Shown: positions 55,401-64,000 of the stretch, one piece after another | Layout: each line of letters opens with the position of its first letter | Numbering within the stretch: position 1 is the first letter of the stretch | Assembly (NCBI GenBank): GCA_018064755.1 | Contig: JAGHUP010000009.1 | Span: forward strand, 5,701 to 69,700 | Length of the DNA: 64,000 nucleotides | Origin: Candidatus Crickella equi | GTDB lineage: Bacteria; Bacillota; Clostridia; Peptostreptococcales; Anaerovoracaceae | Reading direction: 5' to 3' | The notes under the pieces: model-generated | Told to the model about the DNA's origin: nothing | The model's database searches: none | Seen by the model: the letters and a program-made list of their open reading frames with translations, nothing else | Translations under genes and position numbers: made by a program

Positions 55401-55926
55401 CACGTCCGCCGCCACCTGCTGCAGCCTTGAGCATTACAGGATAGCCTGCCACTTTGGCAAACTTCTTAGCCTCTTCTTCGCTAGTGATAGCAGCTTCAAC
55501 GCCAGGAATGCATGGAACGTTAACCTCGTTAGCAACCAGCTTGGACTGAATCTTGTCGCCGAGGCGATTCATCATTTCATGAGTTGGTCCGATGAAGGCA
55601 ATGCCCGCATCCTCGCAAGCTTTCGCAAAGTCAGCGTTCTCGGACAGGAAGCCATATCCTGGATGGATGGCATCGCAGCCCTTGATTTTGGCCATGTGAA
55701 TAATCTCATCGATGTCCAGATAAGCGTCGATAGGGTTCTTGCCCTCACCGATTTCATAGGACTCGTGAGCCTTAGTTCTGAACAGAGAATTTCTATCCTC
55801 TGCAGAATAAATCGCTACCGTTCTGATTCCGAGTTCGCGGCATGCTCTGATAATACGAATTGCAATCTCGCCACGGTTGGCGATGAGCACCTTCTTGAAC
55901 TCTGTGATCTTAGCTTGTTTAGCCAT
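52450..55926 (-). CDS. pyc: pyruvate carboxylase
   Basis: Biotin carboxylase N-domain, carboxyltransferase TIM barrel (HTHDTSG), C-terminal biotinyl domain EAMKMET. 1158 aa. Confidence 0.95.
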   Translation of the reverse strand: MAKQAKITEFKKVLIANRGEIAIRIIRACRELGIRTVAIYSAEDRNSLFRTKAHESYEIGEGKNPIDAYLDIDEIIHMAKIKGCDAIHPGYGFLSENADFAKACEDAGIAFIGPTHEMMNRLGDKIQSKLVANEVNVPCIPGVEAAITSEEEAKKFAKVAGYPVMLKAAAGGGGRGMRIVRKEEDLISQFKSAQSEAVKAFGNGDIFIEKYIEEPKHIEVQILGDKYGNIVHLYERDCSVQRRHQKVVEFTPSLTLTDQQRRAICDDAIKIAKAVNYRSAGTVEFLVDKEGNHYFIEMNTRIQVEHTVSEMVTGVDLVQAMVLIAEGYALDSPQINIRKQSDITLNGYAIQCRVTTEDATNNFAPDTGTITQYRSASGNGIRLDGGNGFTGSVISPYYDSLLVKVCAHDRTFEGMCRKAVRALKEMKIEGVKTNIGFLLNLLNHPTFRKGECNTGFIENNPSLLDIRAVPNKELQVLEFLGDMAVNQHKTKAGTFNAPNVPPSPFLNGTFSKKSLYGTKQIFDEKGAKGLADWALAQKKVLVTDTSLRDAQQSLLATRVRTKDMERIAPAMAYYGKDMFSYEMWGGATFDTSMRFLGEDPWERLELLREEIPNVLMQMLIRGANAVGYKNYPDNTIRKFVQEAKKAGIDVFRIFDSLNWTKGIEVALDEVLNVGGIAEPAICYTGDILDETRDKYTLEYYVKKAKELEKMGAHIIGIKDMSGLIKPMAASKLVTALKNEVAVPIHLHTHDTSGNGVATLLMAAAAGVDIIDAAFNSMSGLTSQPALNSVIAALENSERDTGLDQRGLQLISDYWTDIRPVYCDFESDLKAASAEIYRLEIPGGQYSNLKPQVESFGIGYKFDEVKEMYVKVNQMLGDIVKVTPSSKVVGDLAIFMVQNDLTPENICEKGANMDFPDSTVSYFEGMIGQPEFGFPEDLQKVVLKGKEPITCRPGELLPPDDFDAIKKHLVDDLGLEGTDQEQVSYSMYNKVFDEYIKKLETQGNFRNMGSDVFFHGVAVGQTVEIKMREGKILVVTLDRIGKADEAGNRDLSFTVNGYSRVVTIKDKQALTKSVAGTQIQFAKQDDGHEIGANIPGTIIKVLVQKGDKVEQGQPVAIIEAMKMETNVISTGTGLISNIYVKEGDSVKSGQLIARLEDQQ
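54398..54432 (+). repeat. 35-nt conserved element, copy B, in frame inside pyc
   Basis: AATGTACCATTTAGGAACGGGCTAGGAGGTACATT with perfect 8-bp terminal arms. On the coding strand it encodes NVPPSPFLNGTF in the BC-CT linker. Confidence 0.85.
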
Positions 55927-57808
55927 TGTTATGTCTCCTGTTATAATCCTTTCTTCTTTCCAGTTCAGTCAGGATCTTCTTACGAATTCTAATATCTGTT
56001 GGAGTTACTTCTACGAGCTCGTCATCGTCGATGAACTCGAGTGCTTCTTCCAAAGTAAACCATCTCTTAGGTGTGAGTTTGATGGTATCGTCGGAACCTG
56101 CAGCTCTCATGTTAGTTGCCTTCTTGGCTCTGCAAGGGTTAACTACCATGTCGTCGGATCTTGCATTCATTCCCACAATCTGGCCCTCATATACGTGATC
56201 GCCAGGCTCTACGAACATCTGAACTCTTTCCTGGATAGTGAAAATTGCATATGCTGTGCAGCTGCCTGCTTCCTGAGCTACAGCTACTCCGTTGATTCTA
56301 TCTGGAATGTCGCCCTTCCATGGCTCAAATCCAGCGAATCTTCTTACCATAGTTCCTTCTCCGTGAGTCTCGTTGATGAACTCAGTTCTGTAGCCCATCA
56401 GACCTCTTGTTGGAGCTGTGTAGATGATTCTTGTGTATCCCTCGGACTCGGACATCATCTGCTGCATCATTCCCTTACGGAGATTGAGCTTGCTGATAAC
56501 TGTACCGGAGTATTCATCAGGAACACTGATTACAACCTCTTCAACAGGCTCGAGAGTCTCACCGTTAGGGCCCTTCTTCAGAACTACTTCTGGCTTGGAT
56601 ACTGCGAGTTCATATCCTTCTCTTCTCATGTTTTCGATGAGAATTGAGAGGTGCAGCTCGCCACGTCCACTAACCTTGAAGCAATCTGTTGAATCTGTCT
56701 CTTCAACTACGAGACCAACGTTGACCTCAAGCTCCTTCATCAGTCTTTCTCTGATGTGTCTTGAAGTTACATACTTACCAACTTTACCTGCCATAGGTGA
56801 AGTGTTAATCATAAAGTTCATGGACAGAGTTGGCTCTTCGATACTGATTGTACCGAGTGACTCTGGATTGTTAGGATCGCAGATTGTCTCTCCAATGGAG
56901 ATATCTGAGATACCGGATACAACTACGATGTCTCCGCACTCAGCCTCAGGAACGGCAATTCGTGACATACCCATGTAACGGAAGATCTGGTTGATTTTGC
57001 ACTTAGCAGCTGAGCCGTCTTCCTTAGTTACAGCAACCTGCTGAGCTTCCTTCATCTTACCTCTTGTGATACGGCCGATACCAAGTCTTCCGATATAGTC
57101 GTCGTAAGCGAGTGAGCTAACCTGCATCTGCAGTGGCTCGTCATTGAGGTCTGGATATGGATCGCAGTGGTTGATAATGCATTCCAGCAGAGGTGTGATA
57201 TCCCAGTCCTTGTAACCCTTAGGGCTCTTCTTAATCTTGGAACCCTCTTCACCAACGAATACGCTAGCAACTTCTGTTGGATCTGTTACAGCGATACCCT
57301 GTCTTGCGATACCGTAGAGGATAGGGAAATCGAGCTGTTCATCGTTAGCCTCAAGATCCATGAAGAGTTCGTAAACCTCGTCAACTACTTCGTCGATACG
57401 AGCATCCTTCTTGTCAATCTTGTTGATGAACAGGATAGGATTGATGCCCTGCTGCAGAGACTTGTTAAGTACAAATCTTGTCTGTGGCATTGGTCCCTCG
57501 CTGGAGTCTACGAGCAGAATAACTGTATCTACAGTCTTCATGATACGCTCAACCTCTGACGAGAAGTCGGCATGTCCCGGTGTGTCGACAATGTTGATTT
57601 TGTAATCCTTGTACATAATCGAGCAGTTCTTGGAATAAATAGTGATTCCTCTTTCTCTCTCGATTGCGTCACTGTCCATTACGCAGTCAACAACCTGTTC
57701 GTTGTCTCTGAATACGTGGGACTGACTGAGCAGAGCATCTACAAGTGTAGATTTGCCTGCGTCTACGTGTGCGATAACTGCAATGTTAATAATCTTCTGT
57801 TTAGCCAT
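55919..57808 (-). CDS. typA: translational GTPase TypA/BipA
   Basis: AHVDAGKST, DTPGHADF, NKID motifs. 8-nt overlap with the pyc start. Confidence 0.95.
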   Translation of the reverse strand: MAKQKIINIAVIAHVDAGKSTLVDALLSQSHVFRDNEQVVDCVMDSDAIERERGITIYSKNCSIMYKDYKINIVDTPGHADFSSEVERIMKTVDTVILLVDSSEGPMPQTRFVLNKSLQQGINPILFINKIDKKDARIDEVVDEVYELFMDLEANDEQLDFPILYGIARQGIAVTDPTEVASVFVGEEGSKIKKSPKGYKDWDITPLLECIINHCDPYPDLNDEPLQMQVSSLAYDDYIGRLGIGRITRGKMKEAQQVAVTKEDGSAAKCKINQIFRYMGMSRIAVPEAECGDIVVVSGISDISIGETICDPNNPESLGTISIEEPTLSMNFMINTSPMAGKVGKYVTSRHIRERLMKELEVNVGLVVEETDSTDCFKVSGRGELHLSILIENMRREGYELAVSKPEVVLKKGPNGETLEPVEEVVISVPDEYSGTVISKLNLRKGMMQQMMSESEGYTRIIYTAPTRGLMGYRTEFINETHGEGTMVRRFAGFEPWKGDIPDRINGVAVAQEAGSCTAYAIFTIQERVQMFVEPGDHVYEGQIVGMNARSDDMVVNPCRAKKATNMRAAGSDDTIKLTPKRWFTLEEALEFIDDDELVEVTPTDIRIRKKILTELERRKDYNRRHNNG

Positions 57809-57823
57809 TGTTCCGTCCTTAGT

Positions 57824-59668
57824 TTAGTTCTTGCGACGCTTGTTCCTTGCGTGGTAAGCGTCATCTATTGTTCTCACGAAAGCCTTAATATCTCTCGCAT
57901 AATCTACTACTGTTTCTGTCTCAGTTCTTAAGTTACTAATTGCGTTGCCTTCGATGTCGTCTGAGTACCAATCTGGAGCAGGTACCGGCAGTGACAGGAA
58001 GCTGATCGCCCATGTCTCAAGTCCGCTGAAGAGCAGTGCATAAGGCATAATCTCGTAATAGTAATTAATATCTCTAAATGCATTCTCTGCGATATCCTTG
58101 GCAGCTGGATGGTAGATGTGATGTCTCAGCTGCATGAATCTATTAGCCAGTGAAGCGTTACCCTTAGCTCTTGCTCTCATGATGATAACCATGAATGCTG
58201 ATAAGAGCATCAATGCTGCACAGAGAATTGCTATGAACACCTGACCTGTCAGCAGGATAGTCTGCACTGCCAGGTAAATTGGGATTAGCGCGAAAGCTAC
58301 GCTGAGCAGTATGAGTCTGATGGTGAAGTCGCGCTGCTCTGCATAGTAGTATCTATCGAACTGTTTGCAGAGTAAGGTCAGGAGGAATCCTGCGAGCAGC
58401 GCTACCGCGATGGCTTCGAAATAATTCGGAGTCTGATAAGCGTAGCTGTAGCGCAGCAGATCGGACATTCCTGCCAGCAGTGCAACCAGCACTGTTCCTA
58501 CTGTTCTGAAGATTTTGGAAAGTGGTGTATATGCCAGCATTTCAGGTGAGCTGAATCCGGCTGCTACGTCATCTCCAATGCTCTTCTTAATCTGTCTCAG
58601 TCTTGGAAGAACCTGCTCCATATCTATTCCTCTATCTTGAGGGACATCTTCGAATAAGATGTCGTAAGCAGATCTGATGTACTTTTCCTCTCCTTCCGGA
58701 TAGCTGAGTCTGATTAAGTTGTATTTCTTAGGCGCATACTCGGAAATCTTAAGATAGCCCTTAATGCCGAGATGCACGATAAGTGCAATGACGTCTTTAA
58801 TTCTTACACGTCCGATGAAGATATATCCCATCTCAACAGGAGTGATGCCTTCAATCGGATGAACCTGTTTAACCTTGGTGAACTTAGGATCTCGACCTCC
58901 AATTAACCAGAGGATGAGGAGTACTACCGCGACCGCAGCCGCCAGGATAAGTGCAAATCTTGTTGCCCATGCTCCGTCAAGTGCTCCTTCCCAATAGTTG
59001 TTAGGAAGGTCAGACTGAAGTGTAATACCAAAGTTCTCAGGGATGCGGTCGCCCGTAATTGTTACGGTCTTGCTCTGTTCATCAGCTATGTAATCCAGTT
59101 TGGTATCAACGTTCTGAACACCGAACTGTCCTGCAAAATACTGAATGTCATCCCATGGAAAGTCTAGTGGGAACTGCACGCTGATGTTAACCTTGGTGAT
59201 AGGCTGCATCCAGCTAGGCATCAGGAGGTTAAAATAGAATACGTCCTTGAGCTCGTCTCTGTCTGCAAATTCTCTCAGCGTGTAATCAATCTCGAAAGTA
59301 TGCTGGCCCTTGGTGAGTTGCTCGGCGTCGTTGATTGTAATGAATCTTTCGTCGCCCTTAACCGTCTCTAGATATTCAGCATTCTTAACCGCTAGTCCAT
59401 CAAGTCTGAAGTTGCCATTAGGTACTGCGAAGGACACGCTCTGAACTGCATCCGGTAAGTTTACAGTAATGTTCTCGACTACATTGTATGAATGAGTCTT
59501 GTCTACTGTAGCGCGAAGATTGTACTCAACTACTTCGTATGCACCATTAACTACAGGAGCAGTGTCCGTAGCGGCATAAGCCGCGAGCGGTGCTGCGAGT
59601 GTGAGTGCGAGCAGTGCCGCGAGCAATACTGCTATATTGAATTTTCTAGTTCTAATTCTTTCTCTCAT
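57824..59668 (-). CDS. DUF2207 domain-containing membrane protein
   Basis: Signal peptide, extracellular N-domain, then multiple TM helices. Architecture typical of DUF2207. Confidence 0.6.
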   Translation of the reverse strand: MRERIRTRKFNIAVLLAALLALTLAAPLAAYAATDTAPVVNGAYEVVEYNLRATVDKTHSYNVVENITVNLPDAVQSVSFAVPNGNFRLDGLAVKNAEYLETVKGDERFITINDAEQLTKGQHTFEIDYTLREFADRDELKDVFYFNLLMPSWMQPITKVNISVQFPLDFPWDDIQYFAGQFGVQNVDTKLDYIADEQSKTVTITGDRIPENFGITLQSDLPNNYWEGALDGAWATRFALILAAAVAVVLLILWLIGGRDPKFTKVKQVHPIEGITPVEMGYIFIGRVRIKDVIALIVHLGIKGYLKISEYAPKKYNLIRLSYPEGEEKYIRSAYDILFEDVPQDRGIDMEQVLPRLRQIKKSIGDDVAAGFSSPEMLAYTPLSKIFRTVGTVLVALLAGMSDLLRYSYAYQTPNYFEAIAVALLAGFLLTLLCKQFDRYYYAEQRDFTIRLILLSVAFALIPIYLAVQTILLTGQVFIAILCAALMLLSAFMVIIMRARAKGNASLANRFMQLRHHIYHPAAKDIAENAFRDINYYYEIMPYALLFSGLETWAISFLSLPVPAPDWYSDDIEGNAISNLRTETETVVDYARDIKAFVRTIDDAYHARNKRRKN

Positions 59669-59673
59669 ATACC

Positions 59674-60468
59674 TTACAGCTGTACAGCGTCGCTAATTAC
59701 ATAGCTGCCCTTAGGCTGTTTAACAATCCATTCGCAAGCATCAACTGCTCCGCTTGCAAAACATTTCCAGTTAATTGAGTGGTGAGCAATCTCAAGACGC
59801 TCGCCTGTACCCATGAAGTAAACGATATGGCTGGATGGTGTGTCTCCACCTCTCATTGAGTGGTATACAACGTTACCCTTGTTTCTTACGCCTCTTCCGG
59901 CATGACCATACTCGACGTCTTCGAACGATGTGCCGCTAGCCTCGCAGATAGTCTCAGCGAGTTCTTTGGCAGTACCACTTGGTGCGTCAAGCTTCTTGTT
60001 GTCGTGCATATCGAGGATCTCGATATCGCATGTCTCGTGAAGAGCACCTGCTGCCATCTCGAGTAACTTGCTCATTACGTTAACCATTCTTGAAGTGTTG
60101 GCTGCGAGCATTACTGGTATATCCTTGCCGGCATCAACGAAAGCCTGTCTCTGCTCAGGTGAGAATCCTGTTGTTCCGCATACGAGAGCCTTGCCATGCT
60201 TATTGCAGATGTCAAGAACTTCCATTCCCATTTCTACTGTTGAGAAATCGAGCACGCAGTCGCACTGGTCGATGATGTCCTCAAGGTTGTCATAAACCTT
60301 AACGCCGAGATCCTTGCCGATTCCAGCAGCAGCTCCAAGGTCAGTTCCAATGTATGGACGACCCTTAGGTCCGATGCCACCAACGATTTCGATGTCGTCT
60401 CTCTCAGCAGCGATTAATGTGTTAAGTGATCCCATTTTGCCCTTAGGCGCTGTGATTATCAGTTTCAT
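59674..60468 (-). CDS. dapB: 4-hydroxy-tetrahydrodipicolinate reductase
   Basis: ..ILDMHDNKKLDAPSGTA.. substrate-binding motif and N-terminal Rossmann region. Confidence 0.85.
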   Translation of the reverse strand: MKLIITAPKGKMGSLNTLIAAERDDIEIVGGIGPKGRPYIGTDLGAAAGIGKDLGVKVYDNLEDIIDQCDCVLDFSTVEMGMEVLDICNKHGKALVCGTTGFSPEQRQAFVDAGKDIPVMLAANTSRMVNVMSKLLEMAAGALHETCDIEILDMHDNKKLDAPSGTAKELAETICEASGTSFEDVEYGHAGRGVRNKGNVVYHSMRGGDTPSSHIVYFMGTGERLEIAHHSINWKCFASGAVDACEWIVKQPKGSYVISDAVQL

Positions 60469-60480
60469 GGTGTCTCCAAT

Positions 60481-60966
60481 CTATTTATCAACTACATAGT
60501 TAAGTGTCAGTTCGTCTCTCTCTAGCTTGAGCTGGAACATTTCAACGCCAGCTGAACGGAGCATTAGTTTGCTAGCCTGAGTGCCCGGTGTGTCTGCATA
60601 CTTGTCAGAGAGATACACAACCTCTCTTATGCCGGACTGAATGATTGCCTTAGCGCACTCGTTGCATGGGAACAAAGCGACATAGATTCTTGCGCCACGC
60701 AGCGACTTGCCGGAAGCATTCAGAATTGCGTTAAGTTCTGCATGAACTACGTAAGGGTATTTAGTCTGCTCACCCTCTCTGTCCCAAGGGAATTCATCGT
60801 CAGAACAACCAATCGGGAATCCGTTGTAACCAGTTGAAAGAATAACGTTATTCTCATCAACGATACAAGCTCCAACCTGTGTATTTGGGTCCTTACTTCT
60901 CTTGGCTGCAAGCAGTGCAACGCCCATAAAATATTCGTCCCAAGTTATATAGTCAGTTCTTTTCAT
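60481..60966 (-). CDS. comEB: dCMP deaminase (ComEB-type)
   Basis: VHAELNA and PCNECAK zinc motifs. Start placed at MKRTDYITWDEYF (AAGGAGA SD). Confidence 0.85.
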   Translation of the reverse strand: MKRTDYITWDEYFMGVALLAAKRSKDPNTQVGACIVDENNVILSTGYNGFPIGCSDDEFPWDREGEQTKYPYVVHAELNAILNASGKSLRGARIYVALFPCNECAKAIIQSGIREVVYLSDKYADTPGTQASKLMLRSAGVEMFQLKLERDELTLNYVVDK

Positions 60967-61122
60967 AAGTGTCTCCTTATACCGGCTCATGACCCTTCTC
61001 CGCCATAATGCCATAGATAATATATTTTACAACGGTTTGCTTGATTTTGCAATGCTTTGGACACAGAGAGGCACTTTACTAATGTCGACATATTTGAGCA
61101 CAGATGATATACTGTTAAACGT

Positions 61123-62706
61123 ATGAAACACTATAGGATAAGTGAGATTAAAACCAATATAGATGAGCCAACTTCTTCCCTTCCTGGTAAGGTTGCTAAG
61201 AAGTGCTTGTTGAATGCCAGCGACATCGCGAAGTGGGAGCTTCGTCGTAAGTCGATTGATTCAAGACACAAGCCGGATATCAAGTGGGTATACACGGTAG
61301 ATTTCTGGTGCGAGAAAAACCTCGACAAAGCTATGAAAAAGCTCGGCAAGAATCTTCAGAAGGTCGATGAAGCAGCTGAGAGAACCGATGAGCCTATTAT
61401 GGGAAGCAAGAAGCTGACTGGAAGACCTGTTGTTGTAGGTATGGGGCCTTGCGGAATCTTCGCGGCTCTTGAGCTCGCGAAGCGCGGCTACAAGCCGCTG
61501 GTTCTCGAACGCGGTCCTGCTATGAATGAGAGAATTGAAGCGGTCGAGAACTTCCGCAAGAACAGAGTGCTTGATCCGGAGGCCAACATGCTCTATGGAG
61601 AAGGTGGCGCCGGAACATTTTCAGACGGCAAACTCGGAACCGGAATCAAAGATGGACATATTAGAGATGTGCTTAAGGCTTTTGCTGATGCCGGCGCCGG
61701 AGAAGATATCACCTATCTGGCCAAGCCACATATCGGAACTGATGTCCTAAGAACTACAATAGTTAATCTAAGAAAACAGATTGAACAACTCGGTGGTGAG
61801 GTTAAATTCAACACCAAGGTTGAAGCCTTCAATATCAAGGACGGAGAACTCGAATCAATTGAAATAAAGACCGGTGCGAACGCATCAATCATTACTACAA
61901 ACGCGCTCATTCTGGCTATAGGCCACAGTGCGAGAGACACTTTCAAGACTATCAATGAAGCTGGCCTGGATATGGAGCAGAAAGCTTTCTCTATAGGCGT
62001 TCGCATGGAGCATCCACAATTCATGATTGATCAGGCTCAGTATGGATCAGAAGCAATTGAAAAGTACGGCGATCTGCTGCCACCAGCTGATTACAAGCTT
62101 TCTACAACCGCATCCAATGGACGTGGCGTCTACTCATTCTGTATGTGCCCGGGTGGTGAAGTCGTAGTATGCTCTACCAAGGATGGCGAGCTTTGCGTCA
62201 ATGGAATGAGTAATAGAAAACGTGATAGTGGAACTGCGAACAGCGGCATTCTCTGCACTGTTAATGTTGAAGACTATAACAATGGCGATGCTAGCGATAT
62301 TCTTGCCGGTGTTCGCTATCAGGAGAAGTACGAGAAGCTCGCTTATAAGAATGGCGGCGGCGACTTCAATCCGCCATCAGCTATCATGGGAGCCTTCCTT
62401 GCAGGACGCGCGGAACCGATAGATAAATCACTTCCGGATTTTGCCGCCGTAGCATTAAAAGATGCTGTCCCAGACTTCGCCCGTAAGATAAAAGGATACG
62501 ACAATCCGGCTGCAATTGTTACAGCAGTCGAGACCAGAAGTTCATCTCCGGTACGTATCGTGCGCGGCATCACAGGAGAGTCCAACATCAGAGGAGTCTT
62601 CCCGGCAGGTGAAGGCGCTGGATATGCAGGAGGCATTACTTCTGCAGCGTGCGATGGCATCAAGGCCGCGCACCACCTCATCGCTAAATTCGCCAAAAAC
62701 AATTAA
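61123..62706 (+). CDS. FAD-dependent oxidoreductase (COG2509-like)
   Basis: VVVGMGPCGIFAALELAKRG dinucleotide-binding motif, 527 aa. The only convincing plus-strand gene. Confidence 0.7.
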   Translation: MKHYRISEIKTNIDEPTSSLPGKVAKKCLLNASDIAKWELRRKSIDSRHKPDIKWVYTVDFWCEKNLDKAMKKLGKNLQKVDEAAERTDEPIMGSKKLTGRPVVVGMGPCGIFAALELAKRGYKPLVLERGPAMNERIEAVENFRKNRVLDPEANMLYGEGGAGTFSDGKLGTGIKDGHIRDVLKAFADAGAGEDITYLAKPHIGTDVLRTTIVNLRKQIEQLGGEVKFNTKVEAFNIKDGELESIEIKTGANASIITTNALILAIGHSARDTFKTINEAGLDMEQKAFSIGVRMEHPQFMIDQAQYGSEAIEKYGDLLPPADYKLSTTASNGRGVYSFCMCPGGEVVVCSTKDGELCVNGMSNRKRDSGTANSGILCTVNVEDYNNGDASDILAGVRYQEKYEKLAYKNGGGDFNPPSAIMGAFLAGRAEPIDKSLPDFAAVALKDAVPDFARKIKGYDNPAAIVTAVETRSSSPVRIVRGITGESNIRGVFPAGEGAGYAGGITSAACDGIKAAHHLIAKFAKNN

Positions 62707-62803
62707 GCATATTATCATTTATGCTAAAAATGCTAACCTGTCTCTCAATTTAAAGATAGGTTAGTCTACATTTAGAATCTGTTTAACATAATTCAGAAGA
62801 AAA

Positions 62804-62849
62804 AGTGTGACTTATCCGATGTATTCATCGTGATAGGTCACACTTTTTA
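62804..62849. terminator. bidirectional terminator between convergent genes
   Basis: AAAAGTGTGAC-25 nt loop-GTCACACTTTTT. Confidence 0.6.
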
Positions 62850-62995
62850 TCATTACTTTTCACTCAAGTTCTCGAATATGAACTCAGCCTTGCGACTGTC
62901 GCTAATAAACGAGTACTAACCACCCTCTTTTTTGTGAGACAGGAGCGCATTTTTGGCATAAACTGGTCTGGCACCCTTGAATTTCAACAATCGAT

Positions 62996-64000
62996 CTATT
63001 CTGCAATCGCTCTAGCAGCCTTGAGTCCCGTTAGCCAGGCATTACTCAGATTGTATCCACCGCAAGGTCCATCATAGTCCAGCAACTCGCCAGTGATGAA
63101 CAAACCCTCATTCAGCCTTGATTCACATGTCTCAGGGTCAATCTCTCCAAGATCAACTCCGCCGGCAGTTGCCTGCGCGTCCTTCCATCCTCTAATAGCC
63201 GATGGTGTGAACGTCAGATTGTGAATCGACTCAATGCCATGCGCCATAACGTAGTCAGCCAGTTCTTTCTTAACAACTGTCCTTAGCGCATCTCTGCCCT
63301 CAGTTCCTGTAACAGACATCAGCTCGCTGATGTCACCCTCTGGGAACAGGTTCAAACTAATCTTGAACTGATCAAGTTCTTCGCCTTCAGCTCTATTATA
63401 TCTCATGAATCTTGTCATATTGAAAATGCAGATTCCTGACAGTCCATACTTGGTGAACTGGATTTCTCCAGCCTCCTCGAACAGCTTGCTGCCCTCGCTG
63501 TACAGGCTAACAACACCTCTTGCCCTAACGCCTGCCAGAGAGCTTGCGCTTGGTCTTGCCTCCTTGTCCCACTCTTCGCATTCAACCGAAGTCAGAACTG
63601 GAATAGGCGTAACAACAGTGTGCCCCAGTTTGCGGGCTATAGCATAACCATCACCGGTCGTTCCGAACGCCGGACCAGCTTTGCCGCCTACCGCCAAAAC
63701 AACTTTGGCCGCGTCGATAGTTCCGTGACCATACTTAATTGTAAAGCCTGAGTTATTCTTCTCAACATCGGTTACAGTTGCGTTGAGGATAACGTCAACA
63801 CCAAGTTCGTTCACTCTATCTATCAGCAATTCAACAACATCAGCCGCTGATTCGGAATAAGGATAGACGAGGTCGCCATCGCAAGAACGAGTCATGATGC
63901 CGACCTTAAGCAGCCACTTCATAATCTCGAGGTAACCATTAGCGTTCTTATTTGTTATATTGCATCGTCCGTTGCCAGTAGCACGGATTTTGCGGCCCAG
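62996..64000 (-). CDS. HI0933/BaiN-like flavoprotein, C-terminal ~334 codons (5' end beyond the window)
   Basis: The frame stays open upstream of the track's start to the window edge (..GRKIRATGNGRCNITN..). The C-terminus GGVDLGEIDPETCESRL..GLFITGELLDYDGPCGGYNL is typical of this family. Confidence 0.75.
   Translation of the reverse strand: MGRKIRATGNGRCNITNKNANGYLEIMKWLLKVGIMTRSCDGDLVYPYSESAADVVELLIDRVNELGVDVILNATVTDVEKNNSGFTIKYGHGTIDAAKVVLAVGGKAGPAFGTTGDGYAIARKLGHTVVTPIPVLTSVECEEWDKEARPSASSLAGVRARGVVSLYSEGSKLFEEAGEIQFTKYGLSGICIFNMTRFMRYNRAEGEELDQFKISLNLFPEGDISELMSVTGTEGRDALRTVVKKELADYVMAHGIESIHNLTFTPSAIRGWKDAQATAGGVDLGEIDPETCESRLNEGLFITGELLDYDGPCGGYNLSNAWLTGLKAARAIAE

Noticed and set aside
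62880-62990. 31-codon basic ORF (MPKMRSCLTKKRVVSTRLLATVARLSSYSRT) after the HI0933-like gene, and a TGTCGCTAAT string resembling the island boxes.
   Set aside because: There is no SD and no resemblance to known small ribosomal proteins. The 8-nt box match is within chance expectation.
1-64000. Extreme strand bias (nearly all genes on the minus strand) as a sign of something unusual, and a scan for CRISPR arrays, rRNA genes and prophage structural genes.
   Set aside because: Co-orientation with replication is normal in Firmicutes. No direct-repeat/spacer arrays, rRNA-like sequence, or capsid/tail/terminase-like proteins were seen.

Overview
Firmicutes (Clostridia/Lachnospiraceae-like, judged only from protein sequence style) chromosomal segment. 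About 60 genes lie on the minus strand and one clear gene on the plus strand (61123-62706). Positions 1-30600 and 49300-64000 are ordinary housekeeping: glsA, queT behind a preQ1-I riboswitch, tRNA-Ser(CGA), dacB-like PBP, rmuC, coaB, tcdA, recX, recJ, ftsEX, an amino-acid ABC transporter, split transketolase, mgtE, ligA, pcrA, gdhA, pyc, typA, dapB, comEB. Positions ~30600-49280 are accessory and end at tRNA-Ser(GGA) next to an IS3-type transposase remnant. This accessory stretch has two lobes separated by an M20 peptidase/YfcC/glutamate-synthase-like operon. Lobe 1 (30605-37637) is AT-rich. It holds an XRE regulator with a DUF6036-type nucleotidyltransferase, an HTH-fused HipA-like kinase with a leaderless-type promoter under a 30-bp perfect palindrome, a HEPN (RNxxAH) plus Mrr-like protein, a secreted Ig-like protein and a small tyrosine recombinase. 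Lobe 2 (42200-49031) holds hipBA, a PRiA4_ORF3-domain protein, an HTH-MNT gene with a decayed HEPN partner, a BRO-N/Fic fusion flanked by 35-bp direct repeats, a YcxB-like protein and a GNAT. Signals not explained by genes are: a 35-nt conserved element present three times, one copy in frame inside pyc; three hairpins with identical geometry at 17995-18208; shared TTGTCGCTAT-type boxes; a possible invertible segment beside the recombinase; and an orphan strong promoter in front of an ORF-poor GC-rich stretch. All family assignments rest on motif recognition by eye, with no searches run.
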